Assembly: GCA_903824665.1 (NCBI GenBank)
Contig: CAIJXT010000019.1
Coordinates: 101,472-165,471 of the forward strand
DNA: 64,000 nucleotides
From: an uncultured Bacteroidota bacterium
GTDB lineage: Bacteria; Bacteroidota; Bacteroidia; Chitinophagales; Chitinophagaceae
Direction: 5' to 3'
Position 1 is the first letter of the stretch, and every line of letters begins with the position of its first letter. Positions 58,712-64,000 of the stretch are shown piece after piece. The position numbers and the translations under genes are program-made. A model generated the notes under the pieces. The model did not search any database. It saw only the letters and a list, made by a program, of their open reading frames with translations, and was not told the DNA's origin.

Positions 58712-58740
58712 CAGCAACAGAATGCACGAGCGCAGACTGC

Positions 58741-60588
58741 TTAGTTTTTGATGAATTTGCGCGTATCAGATATTGATGCATTCATAGATTTAAGAATATA
58801 CACCCCCGCTGGTAACCTGCTGATGTCGATAGTGGCCCTGGAGGACGCAACGGACTGCCTGTGCACCACTACCCCACTGATTGTCATCACACAAACTTCC
58901 CCCTGATTCAGGTTTTCGACCGTGATCTGGTCTGTTGCCGGATTGGGGTAAATATTCAATGCCCTGGCAGCCGACAACTGTGTAACACCCGATGGTGATG
59001 ACAGTGTATTGCGGGTGGTATTGGTAACCACTGGCGGGTTAAGGTCGAAATAGATGTATCCGGTATTGCGAATTTGAGTACCTATAGGAAGACCGGGATG
59101 CAACTTGACACTGAACTGCACTGCACCATGGCTGGCGGGCTCATTGCTGATACTATCAGGTAAATTGATATTGGCAAAAGTGAACTGAACAATGTTTGGT
59201 GCCAGCCACTTTGGTGTCATTTTATGGGTGCTGCCCAGCACTTTAAGACTTTCAGGATCTATGTCGGCGTCGAGTGTGTCAATAATCTTCACATCAAACG
59301 CTGGTGCACTTCCGGTGTTCTGAAAATGGATGGTGTACAGGAGGGTATCCTGATCGCCAGAAATAAAGCCTTCCGGGCCGGTTCCTTTTGGACTTACCTC
59401 TTTCATGTTGGGGTCGTAAGAATAGACAACAGGAAAACAAAACGAATAATCGTTGTTTGCAGGATTGATATCGGTAGCTGGTATGTTTGAAAATACCCGG
59501 AAACAGAGCGTATCTCCAGCTACTACGGTAGCATCGGGAGTGAGGTGTATGCCGGCAAGGAAACTATTCCAATAGCCTGCACCCGAGACATTGGTAAGGC
59601 CGGTATAATTCCAGATGAGGGTATCGCCACTAACCGCATCAGCGGGATGTGTACTAAGGGCAGGATCGTATGTGACATGCGGGTCTTTGACGAGCTTCAT
59701 CTGACCTGAGGCAGGGCTGCAACCCGTATTGCTGACATAAGGATGTAACAGAAAGGAGGTATGCAACCGCACCGAACCAGGCGACAAAGCACCACACTGC
59801 ACATCTACATTGCTGGTGCACAGGAAAGGAAAATCAGCCCCGGTGCCCGGCAACGATGTGAATACGTATGGACCAGCAAAGCAAGAGCCAACATTGTAAA
59901 TGAAATAATAGTAAGAAGGAACAGAGAGCGTGCAGGAGGTCATCCAGGATTTCTGCGCGAGGATACTGTATGCTGCACCGCTGGAACTGCCGGAATAATT
60001 ATTGATGCCTGAACCCGGGGCAGCGTAGACCTCTGTAAGCAACAAATGCCCGAATGGAAAAAGCAATGCGTCATCACCAGCATCGTAAACGCAGTTGCCA
60101 TTGTTGTCGGAAAAAGTGTGGCCAGAAACAGTGCTGTATTCGCAGGGATCGGTAACAAGCAAACTGTCGGGTGCTCCGGTTGCAATCAGCGTATCGAGTC
60201 CGGCGGCGACTTTTTTGATTGCATAATAGGTCATGGAATGGGCATAACCGCCAGTAATGCTGTAGTCGTGCAGACCGTAGTAGGATCCGGATGAGCTGCT
60301 GGCCCCACCTGCGTTGGTAACAAACGACCAGGGCGAAACTCCAGAAGTATTGGTAAAAGTACCGACAACAGATGCGGAGTTGGTGTCTACCACATAAACT
60401 GTCTGGCCTGTGTAAGAGCTATCTACTGTGATGTGGTAATATACAAATACATTGGTGACACAGGCATTTGAGTCGTGTGCCATAGAATCTGTGACTGTAA
60501 CAGAGAGATGTCCGGTAGTAAACGTTTGTGCGAATAGGCCCGCAACAAAAGACAGCAGGAAGGATAGTGTGAGTGCGAGTTTTTTCAT
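58741..60588 (-). CDS. T9SS type A sorting domain protein with a DUF11/DUF7619-like module
   Basis: DINPANN, SYDPNMKEVSP, YTIHFQNTG, IYFDLNPPVVTN, IYPNPATD..GVYIL. Confidence 0.88.
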   Translation of the reverse strand: MKKLALTLSFLLSFVAGLFAQTFTTGHLSVTVTDSMAHDSNACVTNVFVYYHITVDSSYTGQTVYVVDTNSASVVGTFTNTSGVSPWSFVTNAGGASSSSGSYYGLHDYSITGGYAHSMTYYAIKKVAAGLDTLIATGAPDSLLVTDPCEYSTVSGHTFSDNNGNCVYDAGDDALLFPFGHLLLTEVYAAPGSGINNYSGSSSGAAYSILAQKSWMTSCTLSVPSYYYFIYNVGSCFAGPYVFTSLPGTGADFPFLCTSNVDVQCGALSPGSVRLHTSFLLHPYVSNTGCSPASGQMKLVKDPHVTYDPALSTHPADAVSGDTLIWNYTGLTNVSGAGYWNSFLAGIHLTPDATVVAGDTLCFRVFSNIPATDINPANNDYSFCFPVVYSYDPNMKEVSPKGTGPEGFISGDQDTLLYTIHFQNTGSAPAFDVKIIDTLDADIDPESLKVLGSTHKMTPKWLAPNIVQFTFANINLPDSISNEPASHGAVQFSVKLHPGLPIGTQIRNTGYIYFDLNPPVVTNTTRNTLSSPSGVTQLSAARALNIYPNPATDQITVENLNQGEVCVMTISGVVVHRQSVASSRATIDISRLPAGVYILKSMNASISDTRKFIKN

Positions 60589-61063
60589 AAGGCATGCTTT
60601 AGGTAGGCGGAATGTATATAAAAGGAAAAAATTACACCATATTACAGCCGCTTGTTCTCCTGAAAATTAACGACCGGTTAGTATAACAGACCGACGTAGT
60701 GTACAAACAGTTGGGTGTTTATTGAAAATATTAATTTGACAACGAATATTATACCTGTAAATGCAAAATAGAGCCAGGAAAATCCGGAATTGCGCACTTT
60801 TGGACAAAATTTTGGAAAACCGCCTAAAAGACACAAACATTTCATTTTCAATTACTTACACTATAACTATTTTCTAATTTTTGCGCAAAAATTGCGCACT
60901 TTTTTCCACCGGGGTACCTGCTTTGCGCAATATTTGGGGTATTTTATGGTAGTGCCTGTTCAATATATAAAACTACTGGCGACTGATAACAATACTTTAC
61001 AGCTACCCCGAGCAGCATACGTGGCACAAAAATTGTGGCTAGAAAGAATAAACAGCAAAAACC

Positions 61064-61522
61064 ATGCCGATAATGACACCGAAAACCCTACTAGTGACAA
61101 CCCTTGTGTGGTTGCTGGCATGTGGCGCCTGCAAGAAAAAAGATAACGAGACGCCACCGGCAGCCGCGATAACGGATGGTATGGCCGGTGTACGAAACTG
61201 GCATGGCAACCACTACTACGATGCCTCCGGGATTCACTTCCCAACGCCGGTACATGAATTCAGCTATTTTCCGGATACGTCGTTTGCGGTAACGATAATA
61301 GATGACACGACGATACAGGCGATGGGAACGACCTACATGTACCAGCAAACAGACAGTGCCAAACAGATTCACTTTTTCGGCACTGCGTACTTTTATTACG
61401 AATATGGAATGGGTACCGGAGTAGCCTACTATTACGCGAAAGACAGCATAGTGCATTGCCACGGTGACCGGCATGGCACCAGTGACCAATGGACGCTAAG
61501 AGATCTTTGGTACACGTATTGA
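61064..61522 (+). CDS. Hypothetical lipoprotein
   Basis: LLACGACKKKD lipoprotein signal. Confidence 0.7.
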   Translation: MPIMTPKTLLVTTLVWLLACGACKKKDNETPPAAAITDGMAGVRNWHGNHYYDASGIHFPTPVHEFSYFPDTSFAVTIIDDTTIQAMGTTYMYQQTDSAKQIHFFGTAYFYYEYGMGTGVAYYYAKDSIVHCHGDRHGTSDQWTLRDLWYTY

Positions 61523-61848
61523 GTAAAAATAACGTCACCTGAACATTGCGGTGATTGCCGGTGAGGTATGTAGCTATACTAATTCGGGCATGAACAATGC
61601 GGAAGAACGATTCATAATGCCCTCATGCTCTTCAATTGAACCGCTAATGACGCTGATTTTCACCTGATTTTTTCGTTGATTTCGTTGGCCGCCTGGTGAA
61701 ATTATATTAAAAAAGAGGGCCAAACACTACGTGTGCAGCGTGTACAATTGCCCATGGCATCAAGGTGCAAAATTTTAATTTGGATAATATTTGATAGTGT
61801 TGCATTTTGTAATATCTTTGAACTATTACCAATCAAAAATCAACCTCC

Positions 61849-62739
61849 ATGAACCATTTTATCATTTGTTATTTCACTGCATTTTTTTGCATATCCACAT
61901 TGGCATACGGTCAGGGTACTGCGGTAAACACCACCGGGGACGCCGCACACAATTCTGCCATGCTGGATGTATCATCGAATAACCAGGGCGTACTGGTGCC
62001 CAGAATGCTTTCATCACAGCGCATAGCAATCAGCAGCCCGGCCACAGGACTGCTAGTGTACCAGACAAATTCACCTGCAGGTTTCTATTTTTACAATGGG
62101 ACAGATTGGGTATCGCTCAGTACCAGCGCAACAGGGACCGCCGGCGGGGACCTTACAGGCACCTACCCTAACCCAACAATTAGTTCCGGAGCAATAACTA
62201 CCGGAAAAATAGCAGACAATGCAGTAACGACAGCCAAGATTAGCGCAACGGGCACCGCAGGTCCTACAACATACCTGCGCGGCGACGGATCGTGGAGCAC
62301 ACCTGCGGGTGGCGGAAGCAGTACAACAAGCTGTGAGCTTTTGGTCAAGATGTCAGCAACGCAAAATATTGCAGCTTCGACACTGGATACGATCCGTTTC
62401 AATGACCCAATCGTTTCGCCGACCGTCGGATCTTTCAATTCCTCGACTTATGGCTATACCGTAGGCGCAACTGGCAACTACCTGATTAATATAGTTATCA
62501 ATGGCACATCTGTGACCGGGTGTGCGCCGGTAGTCATGGTCAATTCAGTGCAGACCGAGTTTGGTTATTCATTCGCTCTTGCGGCTCTAACCCCATACCC
62601 GCTCCGCAACAATATGACTGTAGTGAAACGGCTTAACGCAGGTGACGTAGTGAAAATATTAGGATACAACGGAAATCCAACAACAACAACCGTACTCACC
62701 GGAGGAGGGCCTTCGTCTTTTTCAATTGTAAAACTGTAG
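61849..62739 (+). CDS. Secreted protein with fibre-like repeats and a C1q/TNF-like C-terminal domain
   Basis: SAMLDVSSNNQGVLVPRM..GLLVYQT..GFYFYNG; GGDLTGTYPNPTI; FNSSTYGYTVGATGNYLI..LNAGDVV. Confidence 0.7.
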   Translation: MNHFIICYFTAFFCISTLAYGQGTAVNTTGDAAHNSAMLDVSSNNQGVLVPRMLSSQRIAISSPATGLLVYQTNSPAGFYFYNGTDWVSLSTSATGTAGGDLTGTYPNPTISSGAITTGKIADNAVTTAKISATGTAGPTTYLRGDGSWSTPAGGGSSTTSCELLVKMSATQNIAASTLDTIRFNDPIVSPTVGSFNSSTYGYTVGATGNYLINIVINGTSVTGCAPVVMVNSVQTEFGYSFALAALTPYPLRNNMTVVKRLNAGDVVKILGYNGNPTTTTVLTGGGPSSFSIVKL

Positions 62740-62893
62740 AAGGATTAGCCTGGAATTATTAACGCGCAGCCATTTTCTACTTGTCTTTTCTGGTCACCTT
62801 AGCTGCCATCGGGCATCTACTGGCATTTTGTTGGAAGTGATGGAGCCCAAATTTCGTGCAATCGCCTGTTGGCGTAACAGATACCTTTAGGAA

Positions 62894-63322
62894 ATGGAAG
62901 TACAGGACGATATCAGAACATACATTGACACCTTGCCAGAACCCAAGCGCAGTGAAATGCAGGCACTGCATGAGCTGATACAGGCATTGTGCCCGGGATG
63001 CAAACTCTGGTATCAGGATGGTAGGAACAGCGATGGCAAAACGATAAGTAATCCGAATATCGGGTACGGATCGTACACTATAAAGTATGCCAATGGCACA
63101 ACGAAGGAGGCCTTCAGAATAGGCATAAGTGCGAATACCACCGGGATATCGGTATATATACTGGGGCTAAAGGACAAGGCTTTTTTGGCCAGCACTTATG
63201 GAAAGGCTCTGGGCAAGGGAAGCGTGACGGGGTATTGCATAAAGTTTAAGACGCTGAAAGACATTAATACCAACGTGCTTGCGGCTGCAATACGGTATGG
63301 GTTTGAGGCTGGGAATGAATAA
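62894..63322 (+). CDS. DUF1801 domain protein
   Basis: YIDTLPEPKRSEMQALHELI, IGYGSYTIKY, GKGSVTGYCIKFK. Confidence 0.8.
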   Translation: MEVQDDIRTYIDTLPEPKRSEMQALHELIQALCPGCKLWYQDGRNSDGKTISNPNIGYGSYTIKYANGTTKEAFRIGISANTTGISVYILGLKDKAFLASTYGKALGKGSVTGYCIKFKTLKDINTNVLAAAIRYGFEAGNE

Positions 63323-63355
63323 TGTAGTGATAATTTCAAAAAATATGGAGACACA

Positions 63356-63385
63356 AAAAAGCCTCACATTGCTGTGAGGCTTTTT
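63356..63385. terminator. Bidirectional intrinsic terminator
   Basis: aaaaagcctcaca-ttgc-tgtgaggcttttt between the DUF1801 gene and the tRNA 3' end. Confidence 0.88.
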
Positions 63386-63386
63386 G

Positions 63387-63460
63387 CGGACTGGACGGGA
63401 CTCGAACCCGCGACCTCCGCCGTGACAGGGCGGCATTCTAACCGACTGAACTACCAATCC
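63387..63460 (-). tRNA. tRNA-Asp (GTC)
   Basis: GGATTGGTAGTTCAGTCGGTTAGAATGCCGCCCTGTCACGGCGGAGGTCGCGGGTTCGAGTCCCGTCCAGTCCG; CCA not encoded; TATATTTG at 63483-63476 upstream. Confidence 0.97.
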
Positions 63461-63574
63461 TGATCGTTCGGGGTGCAAATATAGGTCGATTTTTGGAAAA
63501 AGGAAAATTGTTTTGAAAAATACAAACATAAATTTTCGCGTAATCCATGACCTTCTTTGCAGGCAAGCCAAACG

Positions 63575-64000
63575 CTAGTTGTCGAGGCGTACCTCGAACA
63601 GCTTTGGCCAATTTTTGCCGGTGATGAAAATGCGGTTGGAGGCAGCATCGTAGGCGATACCATTGAGCACATCGGGGCCATCTTCGCGGCCAGAGAACGG
63701 AGGTATGCCCGCCTGCTGCCGGATAGCAGAAAGGTCGGCACGACCTACTACCTTGCCTGTGAGCGTGTCTATCTTCAGTATGATATCGGCACGCCACTGA
63801 TTGGCATAGATATACCCTTTGATGAGCTCCAGTTCGTTGATTTCGTTTACGGGTCCACGCTCATCTGTGACGGGCAATTGCTTTACTACTTTGGATGTGG
63901 CTGGATCTGTGAAGTACAACGTGCTGCCACCATCGCAGAATATGAGGTGTGTACCATTATTGGTCATCCCCCAACCCTCCTGTGTATGAAAGGGAAAGGA
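63575..64000 (-). CDS. Glutaminyl-peptide cyclotransferase (5' end outside window)
   Basis: EGWGMTNNG..DG, NELE, YANQW, VLNGIAYD, TGKNWPKLFEV. Confidence 0.9.
   Translation of the reverse strand, partial: SFPFHTQEGWGMTNNGTHLIFCDGGSTLYFTDPATSKVVKQLPVTDERGPVNEINELELIKGYIYANQWRADIILKIDTLTGKVVGRADLSAIRQQAGIPPFSGREDGPDVLNGIAYDAASNRIFITGKNWPKLFEVRLDN

Noticed and set aside
25601-60930. Elements A and B as the two ends of one mobile element, or as a dif site
   Set aside because: The interval contains gyrA, infC and thrS. Only TGCGCA resembles dif, and the XerD arm is missing.
63387-63460. tRNA-Asp as the attachment site of an intact integrated element
   Set aside because: I found no duplicated tRNA 3' end and no integrase in the window (manual search only)

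Overview
Chromosomal window from a Bacteroidota bacterium, probably Chitinophagales-like. This assignment rests on type IX secretion C-terminal domains, TAnnTTTG promoters, A-rich start regions without Shine-Dalgarno sequences, and DUF4294/DUF5686/DUF4838-type genes. Housekeeping anchors are gyrA, thrS, infC and tRNA-Asp. Other contents are several T9SS surface proteins (one over 2700 aa and running off the left edge), a stand-alone cytoplasmic formate dehydrogenase alpha subunit, a PAS histidine kinase, an Fe-S oxidoreductase pair, a TonB-dependent receptor and two glycan loci. I saw no integrase, transposase, rRNA or CRISPR-cas. Strongest leads: (1) a minus-strand operon at 34785-42423 encoding a receiver domain, a membrane HEAT protein, two tandem processive GT2 synthases and a TPR/YaiO-type outer-membrane barrel, followed by a DUF4838 lipoprotein, which looks like a synthase-dependent exopolysaccharide machine with an unusual regulatory module; (2) two tandem, nearly identical 55-nt units downstream of infC, each with its own sigma-A promoter and a strand-specific terminator, whose RNA is antisense to an AUG-AAA start region; (3) a formyltransferase, deacetylase and GT-C cluster; (4) a recurring TTGCGCACTTT intergenic element and a 24-bp perfect palindrome. 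All family assignments come from manual motif recognition, with no database searches. Hand-counted coordinates may be off by a few nt.
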